Shown here piece by piece: positions 23,901 to 36,935 of a stretch of 64,000 nucleotides of DNA (position 1 is its first letter; each line of letters begins with the position of its first letter). This stretch comes from Enoplolaimus lenunculus (lineage: Eukaryota), in NCBI GenBank assembly GCA_030248215.1, contig JASANG010000295.1:496001-560000 (forward strand), in the 5' to 3' direction. The translations under genes and the position numbers were made by a program. The notes under the pieces are model-generated. The model saw nothing but the letters and a program-made list of their open reading frames with translations, was not told the DNA's origin and did not search any database.

Positions 23901-26900
23901 AAGTAATGGATGCTAGAACCTAATTGAAATTTGGCTCAGGTAAAACGTTTGAAAACAGTACTTTAAAGCGAAATTTATATAATATCCACAGGTGGCTGTG
24001 ACATTGCAGTGAAAAATGGTTCATTAACTAATACTTCAATTAAAATTTTTTAAGTTGCCACCCTTGTGATTGGTCCTATCTTGGCAAATTTTTGAGATCG
24101 AAAAACTAACTCGGTTCAGCTATTTTAACAGCAAAAACATTAGGTATCTGTTACTCTTACCAAGAAATATTTAATTGAAGATTTTTGTCCTAAACAGATT
24201 TACATATTATGTTGTGAAACATAAATCGCTTGCAATCTGGAATTGTTAGTATTGGGAGTAGGGAGACTAGTAGTATGGTGTAAAATCTTACACAATATTA
24301 TAATAATGCTATCGGCAACTTCATCTGCCGGGGGGAACAAGATAACCGTATAAAGCGTGCATCTCCGCCCTCCCACACCCGTACCTACTTGTGGTCGTAT
24401 AAATAATAAAAAGCAATACTTTGGACAAAAGATAAATTAATTCAACAACCAAATTACCGGATGCTTTTTTGATTTAAAATTCAACTAGAGATGTGAAAAC
24501 TTTTTTTCAACAAATTATATATCGAACTCACAAAAGCCCGTTGCAATAGCCCTAGCATTGTTTGCGTAGCGTAACAATCAGTGTATGATTTTAGTGCCAA
24601 TCACAGTACAACCGAAGGTCTGGTTTCGAGTCCGGGTAGAGCACATCACTTCAGTCTTTGGCTCCAGTTGAATTCTTGGCCGGAGGTTTCGACAAGTTCT
24701 GTAGTAAAGCCTTTTGTATTTTTAAAGCAACGTCATTCACTGAGTTTGTTGTGACCAATAATCAAATTTAGCCACATTCTAACAAGTACCTAATTTTCGC
24801 TTCAAATTCTGTGAATTTTATCGATTCCGATTCCTCTATTTGTACATCCTGTTGATTTCTAATAACTCCGTTGTTTTTGTGTCTCCTTTGAAGTCTTTAC
24901 TGCACTGCCTAGTGTTAGATCTAAACATGTAAACATTAACTCATGTTCATTTCATACTATTGCAGTGTTTAAAAAACCTAAGAAAGCTTTAACAAAAACA
25001 CGGACCGCAGGCCTATAACGGCAAACATTGCTTATTTTCAACAGTTTAGCTTCGAATTCAAAGCCAAAAGAACTATTGCTGTTTGTGTGACACAGCACAA
25101 TGGCACTATATATATCGGGTTAAAAAGCCCTTTTAAGTTACTTTTGAAATATATCCGGTAGTTTATTCACGGGCGCCAAGGTTCAGCTGAAAAGTTTTTG
25201 AAATTCTTTTGGTCGGCTGGAGGGGGCATTATCGCATATATGCAGGTTCAATCAATGCGTTATATACCTACCCACTACTAAGTACCATTTCCGAACCGCA
25301 GCAAGCTTGTATTTGAAAGTTGCCGCTAGCGGAAATCGAACGAAAACATATATACAAGAAGTAGTTTAGAGCTCACTGGCGCATCTTGGAAACAATGGGG
25401 GATGTATCCTATACCTTAAGAGTTGAGAAAAAATTGTTTATATTATTTTTTAAGGTGAAACAAATAAAGTTGTGTCTCAGACACAATTACTACATTTAAT
25501 CAATTAAAATATAACCGGTAAATTTGAAGTTTTGAAAGCAAAACCAAGAAACATAGCGGAAAATTTCTAACATATCCGATATCATTGCTACTTCTAGCTT
25601 CCCCCAGCTTAAACGAAAAACAATCCCTCCCCGCTGGACATCTTAAAATTCTTTTGATTTGGCTGTAAAAAAGTTGTATGGTGCCAAATTCTTTAATCAT
25701 CTCAAGCCAAGCAGCCCGGCGCCAGAGGGTCTACGAGGCAACGGCGGAAACCTGTGGTTCACACCAGCGTTTTAGCCCAGCCTACGGTGCATTCTTGGGG
25801 CTATGTATCATTCTCTACAATACGCTTTATCCGACGGATCAAAGTTTGCCACGGTTTAGCTTAAGAAATTGAAGACCAAGTTTTTGGCCGCCGCATATTG
25901 TTTTAAGCATTAGGTCAACAAACGTAAAAACATACCCTACAAACAAGCGTTGCGTAAAAGTCATATTTGAACCAAAATTTGAATTGAGGTGGAAGCGTTA
26001 AGATTTCTTAGCTAATAATAAAACATTAAAATCGTGCTAACAAAACTTAATCAAATATCCGATTCACGGGTGAAAATTAGCTAAATTTTCAGACGATCCC
26101 TACACCCCCGTAATATGGTCATCTTCGTCAGGAACATTTTCGGGGGGTACCAACAGTTTAGTTTTAGCGGTTCGTGGTATGCTTTGTGACGAAAGCGCTT
26201 GCCGTTTTCAAATACTGACTACAAAAGACGCGTAGCATGAAAGCATTGAAATTCTCAATGGAATCAAGAAATCGCTCCGAATTGAATACGGCTTATCTCT
26301 CTGTGTGACGTTTTTAGTGGCTTTGTGCAAAGTCCGAAACAGTGGCAGCTCAACTGTGGGTTGGCTAAACGCAAAAAAGGTAGCAAAATGTATAGTTCTA
26401 GGAAGCCCAAGCATCTATTGATGATATACACAATTGCTGGTTTGTGAAGCTTCGTCATCCGCACGAGCGTAAACCAGGATTTCATTTCGGAAGAGTATAA
26501 TATTAGAAAAGTAATTTTGACCACTAGTATTCAGGTTATTATAAATCTTATTGAAACTGACGTTTTCGTGTCTCTTAATATTTCGAATGGAATATATCCC
26601 CTCTATTTCCGCCACGTATGCGCCCTGTTGCAAACGCAGTTGAATCTGTGACGTACGACATACTTATTGAAATCCTGACTGTATCTATGTTTAAGTTTTG
26701 ATCGAGGTTTCAGGATTATTTCACAGCGGTAACATGAACGTCTTTGAAATTCTTATACAATGAGGCCTTTTCTCTAAATCCTAATCGTAAAATAACAAAA
26801 TCAGTTTTCCAATATAGAAACGTACAATAATGTGTCCGGTCCATCAATAAATCAAGTCTAAATTAAAACTAGAGAATTATAATAGTCGTAACTCTAAATT

Positions 26901-27550
26901 ATGGCTTGGAAGTTATAGCAGTAGCGTGCGTTGAGGATTACGTTGTTTATAAACTTAAAGCAAAATTTTAATTCTAACGTTTGGTGTGTTAAATAAGTTG
27001 TATTATGATTAGGAAATAAATTTTAAGGAGCTTAATGTAGCTAAAATGAACACGAGTTTAAATTTTTTACAACATGCAACAGTGTGCAACGTCCCTTAGC
27101 TAGAGCGGACCGGAGAGGGAGGGAATCAGACCTAGTTAATTTTTGGCCTCCCTAAACATTTTTAACCCAGCTCGTAAGTCATCGAATCCCTTGTATATGG
27201 ATACGATTCTACCACTGTATGCATATACTTTATTAACATTCTTAGACTCTTATATGGCGAGATATTGTAGGGTCCAAAATGGAAATAGTAAACTACTAAA
27301 AATTTGAATAAATAACAAACCGAATATTTAAATTTACAATTGACAATACAGAACCTACCGATAGCTTATAATTTTTAAGACTCGGGGCTGCGTCATACTT
27401 TTATGTGCCACGCAACACCACGTGGCGGCATCCTCCGGTGCCGCGCGGCAAAAGTAAAAACAAATTTACATATGCCGCGCTGCGCCGTGCAGCTAGTATA
27501 GCACAACCCTTACCCCACTTTCGGAAAAGGAGTGGCAAATTGTCACATTG

Positions 27551-27746
27551 CACACTGCAAAATATGGTGAGTCAAATTGACTCTCTCCGAAATAGGCTTT
27601 CCGGAACTACGCAATTTGAGGCAAAATTCGACTCTGCCAGAGTCCATTTCGACACACTGAGACGCAATGTTTATTGACTCAGTTTCTGTAGTCCGGAAAA
27701 TCCTATTTCGGAGATAGTCAATTTCACTCACCATTTTTTGCAGTGC
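27551..27746. mobile_element. Fold-back element with arms of about 80 bp (CACTGCAAAA termini)
   Basis: cactgcaaaatatggtgagtcaaattgactctctccgaaatagg pairs with cctatttcggagatagtcaatttcactcaccattttttgcagtg. Confidence 0.75.
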
Positions 27747-28619
27747 AGATGAATCTAAAAACGAACGACGCACAAAATTCAAATTGTTTTCTACTGTATA
27801 CAACAATTGTTCAAGCTTTGCGCTGCTATATTTTCTATACGTCAAATAAAAAAGTCGAACGTACGTATTACTGTTCAAACTTTTTACTGGAATCGTAGAT
27901 TCTTGAGCCCCGCTTGGTGACAAAATATACGGTTTTAACGGTACATCGAATATCAAAAGCGATTTAAAAACCAACCATTCTTTTAAACCAAAAATCATTT
28001 ACTCCAGACATCAAAGGGTTTAGTTGAATGATATGGTAGTAGACATGTCATACAATTCACAGGCGGTTATATGCATTTTGCAACCTGAACCGGCCCAATG
28101 GCGGAATTCACCTCGAAGTTTTACCCATCCGGCAAATGAAACGTGCTGAACAATACCCCTATTAAAGGAAAACGTTTCTGGTTTCAAAATGCATTAAATC
28201 AGCATAGACAGCACTAAAAATCTTTACTACGTTTCTAATCAGGCGAAAAATGCAATATTACACGGGTTTAGTAGAAAATTTTGTTCGTTGAAAAGTTGCC
28301 TTTCACAGAACTGTGACTTTCAGAAAAAATTATTTAAAACTTAAATTTGAAAATATGTATATAATTGTTAATTATTTGAATTCAATTTACAGTAAAATTT
28401 ACGCAGAACAACGCTGCTGTCGAATTCAAGGGAGTCTCACTTTTCGCCGAACTGAAATAGCTTAGGCTTTCACTCTTGACTAACCTTTTGCTTAGTCTTA
28501 GGCTTCGGTTTAGTTTTAGACTTATCTTCTCATAGTGTATAATATAAGCAACTCAACAGCGCATACTGTACTTTATGCGAAATATTAATCCACAATGTAC
28601 TGTGCTGAAATGTGTAGTG

Positions 28620-29352
28620 ATGCGGGGTTCACGTTATAAATGGTGCAGCTGGGCCACGTTTTGTCACGTTCTATGGGTAACATTTTGTCCGCGACGTAAC
28701 CCAATATGATACTCCAAAAACAGTGGTTGTCTGCTAACATCACGTGTCACGTTTTGTCTTTCAATATCATATGATATTCCCTACATTGTCTGTCAATATC
28801 ATATGATTATTTTAAAAATGTCTACTGAGTCAGTTGCATAACTAGGTTTGCGTGTGGCGGAATGTCAATACTAATATGGCAGAAATTTAAATTTTGGCAG
28901 AAAAATGTATAATTTGGCGGGAAAATTATATTTTTGGCAGGAAAATTCAAATTATGGCGGGAAATTAACATTTTGGAGAAATTTAAATTTTAGCGGGAAA
29001 TTAACATTTTGGAGAAATTTAAATTTTGGCGGGCATATTCAGATTTTGGCGGATTGTCTTATGATACGTCTTAAATGATATTCCAAATTCGTTTTGCTGA
29101 TTATCATATCATATTTGCTGTTAATTTGGAATATCATATGATATTCACCAATATGTCTGATTGTGTCATGTGCCATTCGAACATTTGTATGTTGAGATAA
29201 CCTGTGTATCCGTACTTTGTATAGCAATATCACATGATATTCGACTTTTGCCTGTCCGTATCATATGATGGTAACAAAAATTTATGTTGATGTCAAATCA
29301 ATATGTGACAAAACGTGACCCGACTGCCCCAGTTATAACGTGAACACCGCAT
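28620..29352. mobile_element. Non-autonomous element with TIRs of about 48 bp, internal atcatatgat repeats and a nested ~20-bp minisatellite (28880-29050)
   Basis: atgcggggttcacgttataaatggtgcagctgggccacgttttgtcac matches the reverse complement of gtgacaaaacgtgacccgactgccccagttataacgtgaacaccgcat. Confidence 0.75.
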
Positions 29353-29444
29353 GTGTCAGCACTAAGATGACATTATTTTGTTCGTTCTCACGAAACGGCG
29401 AGCAACAAGAGTAAACAACAAAACGAATAAATAAATATTCACAA

Positions 29445-29668
29445 AACAACAACAACGGGAGCAACAACAGCAGTAGCAACAACAACAACAACAACTACTA
29501 CAACTGCAACTACAACAACAACAACAATAGCAACAACTACAACAACAACAATCAACAACAACAACAACAACAATAGCAACAACTACAACAACAACAATCA
29601 ACAACAACAACAACAACAACAACAATAGCAACAACTACAACAACAACAATCAACAACAACAACACAAC
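29445..29668. repeat. Imperfect (CAA)n microsatellite
   Basis: Direct reading. Confidence 0.95.
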
Positions 29669-32600
29669 ATGTTCAGATTAATCCTTGACCATTTCTGATT
29701 TAAAAGTTTCAGTGACGTTTTTTTCCTCTGCGCAATCGTTGAACACAACTACAAACCAGTTGAACTTCATAATGAGTACCGAAAAACAACCAAACAGCAA
29801 TCGAGCCTTTAACTTTTCCGCCAATGTTAGGGGTCCATTAGCATTTAGGAACCAAACTAATACGAGCGCAGTGCTGTAAATGCCCATACAAATTTTACCG
29901 GTTCAATGTGTTTGACGAATGAGGTTGCTGTCAACGGTGCATTACGCCTGAGAGTCCATTTTGCCGTAAGGATTTGTTCGGCAAATTAAGAAATAAGCAG
30001 ACAGAAACATTTGCTTCGATTTTTAATTTTTCGGGGTATACGAAATTCAAATCTAAACAATTCTAAAGTTGTGTTTTCGACAAAATATTTCAAATTGTTG
30101 CAAAACGTAATGCGGAAGCTGGAACAGACCGGAAACAAACTGGGGTCTTTACCGTTATCCTCCAGTTGGTGTTTTGTCCAAAAATGGTCGGAGTATAAAT
30201 TTTTTATATATTTGAGCTTCGCGCGACGTCATCTGATCATTTCACTTCCAAAATAGAATTTTTGATACAGCCGATCTTCAAGGTTCCCAGGCTTCAAACC
30301 AAGAGACCCAAAAAGTTTTTGTCAAAAAGTTTGACAATGTTTCGATTCGAATTCCGGATTAGTGGCTGAAGGTGTTTATCATCAACATTCAACGAAAGAA
30401 TCTTGACACTCGAGCTCAAAGGTGGCTCACATTTTGCAGAGATGACATACCGCTGCAGTTAGCTGTTCTTGCTTTTATAGCATGCTACTGTATATGAGAA
30501 GGGGTTATAGTATGCACAATGCAACATTTCCGCATGATACCTGATGAAATACGCTCCTAAAACATTAAGGATTGCGGTATACTTTCCTGTGCCGTAGGGC
30601 GCCGCATGACGCTGTGTTGCTCACAAAGATACAGGCAAAATTTATTTGGTAGCGTACGGTAACGCGCGGCGACGTGCGGCAATTTTTAATATAAAATTTA
30701 CCGTATTGCGCGCCGCCAGTATAGCGCAAAAATGTGCCTCGTTGTAGTATGAAGCTCACAAAGCTAGCTGACGTATTGTAAGCTAAACATTTTGCTTGTA
30801 AAACAGTTGCAAAATAGCACTAACTCGTTTACCAAATTGTGCGTAGTGGCTTAAGCTGAGCTTGATCCGCTGCCATTAATTTACTTATGTGAATAAATAA
30901 TGATTTAAGATAATTTTTGAACTTTAAGAAAAAAGGCGTATACAGTGATTTATGAGAAAACATCTACACAAACTGGTAAAAGTTTATATTTTATTGGTTT
31001 AATTGTACTAAAGGCTCACAATTCGGTTTGAAATTGCACTTCCTTTTCCCAAAACTAATGCGACGCCGCCGTCATCCCGTAGTGCGACCCATTTTAGACA
31101 AATATGTTCGATGAAGCCAAAAATTTAAGGAGAATAGCCAAGTAGAAATCTTGACCGGTAAACCTGCAAGATTTCATTGCAACCTCAGACTCAACCACAG
31201 ATTTTGTGTTATGATTGAATATGTTTTTAACGCATAAAATAGGTTCAATTTATTGCTGGCTTCGCTCGCGAACTTACTTTTCATGGGCTATATCTGGTTT
31301 GGACATAGTAAAACATTAGTAAGTTCTAAGCGTAAAAAAATCAAAACTACAGCTACGAGGCCCTGAACTTAGTCGGTTAAACGACCAAGTTCGCTTTTGT
31401 TTAGCTATAGATATTTGATATCCAACATACGAAAGTAAATATTAAAATTTAACGCCCAAAAAGCGCTAAATTGTTACAAAAGTTGGTCTTTTGTGAAAAG
31501 TCGTAAGCTATTATCAAGGTCGACGACTATCGAATGAAGAGGTGTTGGAGATAAATCTGGGGGCATCCTCGCTTTGAAAATCATCGCCGAATCCCGGTTT
31601 GAAACGTTTATTGGCAGCATTAAAATAATTTTATTTTTGAAAATTTATCTTGCCCTCTCTGTAACTTTTACATGCCAGCTTTACTATAACAAAATCTGAC
31701 TGTACGCCTGAGGTAAGAGAATTGATTTAGATTTATTCGTAACAGCAAGAGGTGCCCACCAGAATCACTTTGGATTCACTCTTAAGAAGGAAGTAAAGTC
31801 GTTTCATATAATTTGTGTCCATGTCCATGATAAATTAAACTACAATTCAAGCAGAACTAAGATTTTTATAGGTCCGCAGCCTGATCATCTTACTAGGGGC
31901 TAAGGAGGGTTATAGAAACGATTTCAGTTACTTATACAAGACAGGTTGAAATTTTCTAGGAGATCAAATGCTTCCAGGCGCTAACACAAGAGGTTATACT
32001 GTAGTGACCAGAGTAAGATGTTGCAATAACCCAGAATTAAATACAGAAGTCGACTTACACGGAAAATCGGCTCTGGGATTTTCATACAAACCGGTTCACC
32101 ACCGATTATTTTTTAAAATGATTAAATAACCAAGATTTGTTTATTTTGTTAGTGGCCTTAACTCCAATTGGCCCATCTTGCATTTGCACTCGATGCCAGA
32201 CGGCCAGCCAAACCCCTTCGTAAAATTACGAGTGAGCGTAGCGATAAAGAACATTTTTTTTTGATTGAGCTCAAGAAAATATTAATAAATTAGCGTTTAA
32301 TCAAAACATGCTGTGAAATTTCGAATAAATTCGAAATTCTTACGCGGCAGAACTAAACCAACAAGACGACCATTTTTTTGCGTTCTCACACAAATTTAAA
32401 TCATTCATTTTGAATGATAATGGTCAAAAAACTTCAAATTGAGATGAAAAAATGTTAGACAGCTATTGCTGAAGGTGTGGGCCTGGAAACGATTTTGAAA
32501 GGGAAGGGGTCACGTTCATGTTGACCAAAAATATCGAAGGATGTGGTTTGTTGTGTTTTCAGCCTGTGCCATGCCTAAAGTGTGAAGCCCTCTTAGTTAA

Positions 32601-34783
32601 TGTGACAGGTTCATAATTCAACAACTTCTGTCCCGCCATTTGAACTTAAGCTCAATAGTAACGAAGACCCAAATATTTTAGAAATCGCATTACGGATCGG
32701 TATTGCTGGGGCTCCTCGGGTGATCAGTCGCCTTTGCTGAGGAGAGTGTATGGAGCAGTACCGTGTGCACTGACCAACTAAAAACAACTATTTCGGTGTA
32801 AAAAATCCTCATTTTGTACCGTTGACAGTAAATATGACGCTACTAAGAGTATGGATGTGGCCGAATCGTTTGCGTTAAAGAGAATAAATTGAAAAAATTC
32901 GCCAACACAGCGAGCAAGAAATCAGATGTTTTTTCAGCCGTGATTACATTGCATTCAAAATTGGTATTCAAGCAGTAAGGTTGAGAAACTAACAATTAAA
33001 AACAACAAGATCACAATAGTGAAGAAATTTCGCGAGCGAAGCGAGTGAGAAAGCAGACGATATTTATTCGGAAAAATTTAAATGTTTTATGCAAAAATCC
33101 TTATTTTAATATTTTGTAAACGGTCCCCCCAGTTGTCAGAACCCCCGAATTCGGATTATGGGGGACCCTAAAGCACGGCACTGTAACCAAGTTAAAAGTT
33201 CCCAAAAACAAACCTTAGACAAAAGTCTTAAATGACAATACGCCTTAAATTTAAGTATCTTTTCCTAAAGTTTTGAATATTTTAATTACATTCGCATTAT
33301 TGTGAATGTTTCAAATGAAGCTACCGCATTGCAAGCAACACTTCTTCGTATGTTAACAAAACCCAGGTCAAAGACAGCATTTGATTTTGTGTCTGAGTTG
33401 AAGTAGGTCTCAGATCTCTGGTTATTGAAGTATTAGGTTGGCATTTTTTTGTTTCCCAATATCATTTTCATTAACATGCCAGAACTGTGATGTTAGTAAC
33501 AATTTAGTTCCATGTTGTCTTAAGGAAACATTAACGACAATTCGTCGCCTGACAACTCGCCGCCCGACGACTTGTAATCCTAAACTTTACCAACTCAATA
33601 ATTGGTCGCCAATCGTTAGGATTAGCGCAGGGTGTAAACTGATGGTAAAAATAACGGAAACGAATATCCAGTTACACCCTGGCTCAAGGATAGGCTCAGG
33701 CTTATGTATTCATAGCTTTAGGAAACAGTTGAGTGACATGTTGCCGAGCGACGAATTGTCGTGAATTCAGATTATTGGTATACTTGTAATAAAGCAGCGG
33801 CATACTCAGAATTATAATTAAAGCTGGCCGACGCTGATAAACGACTAATAATTTTCCTATTTAATTGGCATTTAGCGGTGATTTAAAAAGGCAATGAGTT
33901 TAGCAGACAAAAAATAGATTGGGAGCACGTCACTCATTGTTCCATCAGAGTACGTCATTGCAATGAAGAAATGAGAACAAGTGATCGGTTTAAATGTTCG
34001 AAGACTTTCTTTGCTTTCATTTAGCAGGCTTTTTACTACAAAAGTGCTGGATTTCAATTTACCTTTAAAGTATACTAAGTCAAGTCTAGCCAACATTCTG
34101 GTCAATGGCCGGTTTCGTCTGAATTTAAAACCACTGCGTCTGATTATCTCACAAATTGGCCACAATTTTACACAAAACATACTTGAGTGAATAGCAATTA
34201 ATAAATTTGAGCAGACACTCGTGTTAATGTGGATTCAAACGTAAGCAGTAGCGCAATCAGGATTTCATTTCGTGAAGGTATAACCTTATGTAATAGATTT
34301 TTTGAGAACGAGTGCAGAAACTGAGAAAATAGCTTTACGCTTGTAAACAGCGATTTTTTCTTGTTTCACAACATGTTTAGGGACGGAACATATTCCAGTA
34401 TCCCACTCAGCCTGCGTCGAAGAACATAGGCCAAATAGAGTAAACACTTAAACCTGTAGCAAGTCCAGATGTTTGAAACAACAGATCATGACCACAACCA
34501 ATCCAGCACCTGAACCATGCAGAACACAGGTCCCGAAGAACCAATTAGCTTAGTTCAAAGCACAGACTTAACCACAACATTACTGGGGGCCTGATTTAGA
34601 TATATGCGTAGCGCCAACTATTGGATCCAAGGGGTAGGGGCACCCAGGCCTGTATTAAACTTGCGCTTGGCTTCTCGTTCGTTTTGATCGTGAGGCTTTT
34701 CGCTATTATCATGTGACCCTGGTAAAGAATTTCTAACCCAGCCACTGACAGCACTCTTTTCCACCAGCAAACTTTTCACTTAC

Positions 34784-35525
34784 CGATTGTTGTCATCGCA
34801 GTCGCTGAGAAAAAAATCGCCGAAGGAATCGACCAAACCGGCGAAGTCGCCACTGCAGCTGCAAACTCAGACGCTTGAGTTAAATTTGAAGCGGTCGCCG
34901 CTATAAACAACGCCTTCTGTTGCAGCGAGTCGCTTTGTTGCTTTTCTGTTCCGGATCTGTGTTGGGTTGAATGCAGTGACGACAATAGCGACCCGATTGG
35001 CGACTGCTGTTGCGTTGCTGATTGCAATACTTTTATACTATCAAACGTCACAAAACACTGTGATTGAGCACGATAAAGTGTACTAGTTAGTTGCTGAAGA
35101 TCACGAGCACTACGAGATAGAAATTGTTGCTTATGAGTATCAGAGCGAAAAGTAGACGAGAAAACTCTAACTCGCTTAGATAAACTGTCTGAACTAGCTA
35201 CCGAGCTGTACCACCATAAGTGCTCGTGGGGGGTAACTTGTCGGGATTGCCTCCTGCCTACAAGCGATAGTCGCTTCTGATGAGATGAAATTGCCAACGT
35301 CTGTTGCGAAATGGATCGTGATTGTCGTAGCGAGTGTTGCGTAGGTAAAGTTGTCCATAGTTGCGCAACAAGTTGTTCGCGTAATTGAGCAATTTCCAGC
35401 AACGATGCGTTGCGTGTTCGCCACTCGTGCGGCGATTCGGCGACGTAAAACATCAGCGCCCCAAGCACTGCGTACAAGAACGACGCTCCAACAAGACCGA
35501 CGTGCGGAAGGACGAGTTTCAGGTA
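34784..35525 (-). CDS. K2P/TWK exon A: M1 (YLKLVLPHVGLVGASFLYAVLGALMFYVAE), very long cap loop, pore helix 1 (WSIPSAIFFSATAMTTIG)
   Basis: catttcag acceptor, G|gtaagt donor, 742 nt, phase 0 in / 1 out; LPHVGL is typical of the nematode TWK M1. Confidence 0.92.
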
Positions 35526-36122
35526 CTGAAATGAAACGAATTTGGCATAATTAAGAATTTAAAATTTCTCCAAATCCCATGGCAACAAAAAAATTTAAAC
35601 ACCTTTCACTCATATCAACGATGGAAGTACTGTAAGTTTTTCGTTGCAGAGTTCAACTTTTTTTCCTAAAGTAACCAAGACGTAGTTATGAAGTGAAACA
35701 TTGATGTCCTACATGTAAATACAACATTTTAGTACATGGATAAACACAAAGTGGGTACACTGCTATATCGAATATAGCTAAAAATTATATAACACAAGCC
35801 TCACTTTGCGAAAAAACGTATTTAGTTTTGACGAACACTTGACAATTTGAAAATCGTTATCTGGTATCACCATAATATTATCAAAAAACACTGAAGCTGC
35901 GCATTGTTGAAATGAATGTAAACATCGTACAAAAATTTGAATTTTTAAAAATTAAATATTTCAATATACATCAATTTGTTCTACATCGCAACACCGTGCT
36001 ACGTTTGATTGATTGATACAGAATCAAAGAAGTTTAAACCAATGTATAGAAAGAACAGGGTCGTTACAGTAGTACAAGCATATTTCTAAGCCTAACCGTA
36101 TGAGCTTATACGAACGTAAACC

Positions 36123-36403
36123 CACTAGTGGATCCAGAGGGGGGCGGAGGGTGGGCGTATACCTCCCCCATCAGAATATTTTTGTGATAAAATGGTAAGG
36201 TTCCCACTTTACAATTTTCCCCCTCAGAAATGTTTTTTGTAACAAAACACAACTTGTATTCTCAGGAATGTTTTGTGATAAAATGATAAGGTCCTTCCCT
36301 ACCATGCAATTTTTTCCTTAGAACAATTTTCGGTGTAAAATGCTTGCGTTTAAATAACATTTGCCAACCCGTTTCCCGTCAGAAATTTTTGGATCCGCCT
36401 CTG
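36123..36403 (-). mobile_element. CAGAGGCGGATCC-family MITE copy, inverted
   Basis: Ends ggatccgcctctg; reverse-complement similarity to the 4103 and 18221 copies. Confidence 0.6.
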
Positions 36404-36489
36404 TCTAAAGCTCAGCCGAAGCCTAATTATTATAAAGCTTAAGCTTGCTCTATTGCAGTCCCGCAGAAAAACGGTCCATCCCTGATGTT

Positions 36490-36935
36490 TACTGTAGTGA
36501 TCCGAATAAGAGGGGGACTGATATTTATTTGGCCTCTCCAGAGGGAACCCCCCTTGTTATTCGGTTACGGATTGTTATTTATTTTTAAACCACGCTCCGC
36601 CGCCCTTCGTTACTGATATATATCCGGTACTGCAATTACCGTTAAATTAAACGTTTATTTCTCTTGTGTCAATAGCTTGAGCGATAATACAAGGTTATGC
36701 TTAGGAATGTACTTTCAAAATTTAAGCACACTTTAAAATTTCGAACTCAAATTATTTGGTCTTGGAGTTATTTATGCGCTACAATTAGGGTTAATTGACA
36801 TTTATGGACTCTAATCAGGGTTTAGGGACGCTATCCGCTTATGGACTCTTATTAGGAATACGGACTCCTATTGATTCGGACTCAAAACGGGGACCCCCCA
36901 CTCTTATTACCCCTCCCCCTCTTATTCGGATTATT
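36490..36935 (-). mobile_element. Tc1/mariner-type MITE, inverted relative to the 19485 and 39063 copies
   Basis: tactgtagtgatccgaataagagg ... cctcttattcggat; interior is the reverse complement of the 39063 copy. Confidence 0.8.

Noticed and set aside
27543..27998. 151-aa ORF
   Set aside because: Largely overlaps a fold-back element; no recognisable domain.
29362..29634. Poly-Leu/Val/Cys membrane-like ORF
   Set aside because: Translation of the (CAA)n microsatellite.
30541..30600. Hammerhead ribozyme at CTGATGA (also at about 35277)
   Set aside because: No stem II followed by GAAA and no closing stems are visible.
20000..34700. Autonomous transposon or second channel gene between exons A and B
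   Set aside because: No transposase or reverse-transcriptase ORF, and no second GYG/M2 exon found by reading; only short chance ORFs and non-autonomous repeats.
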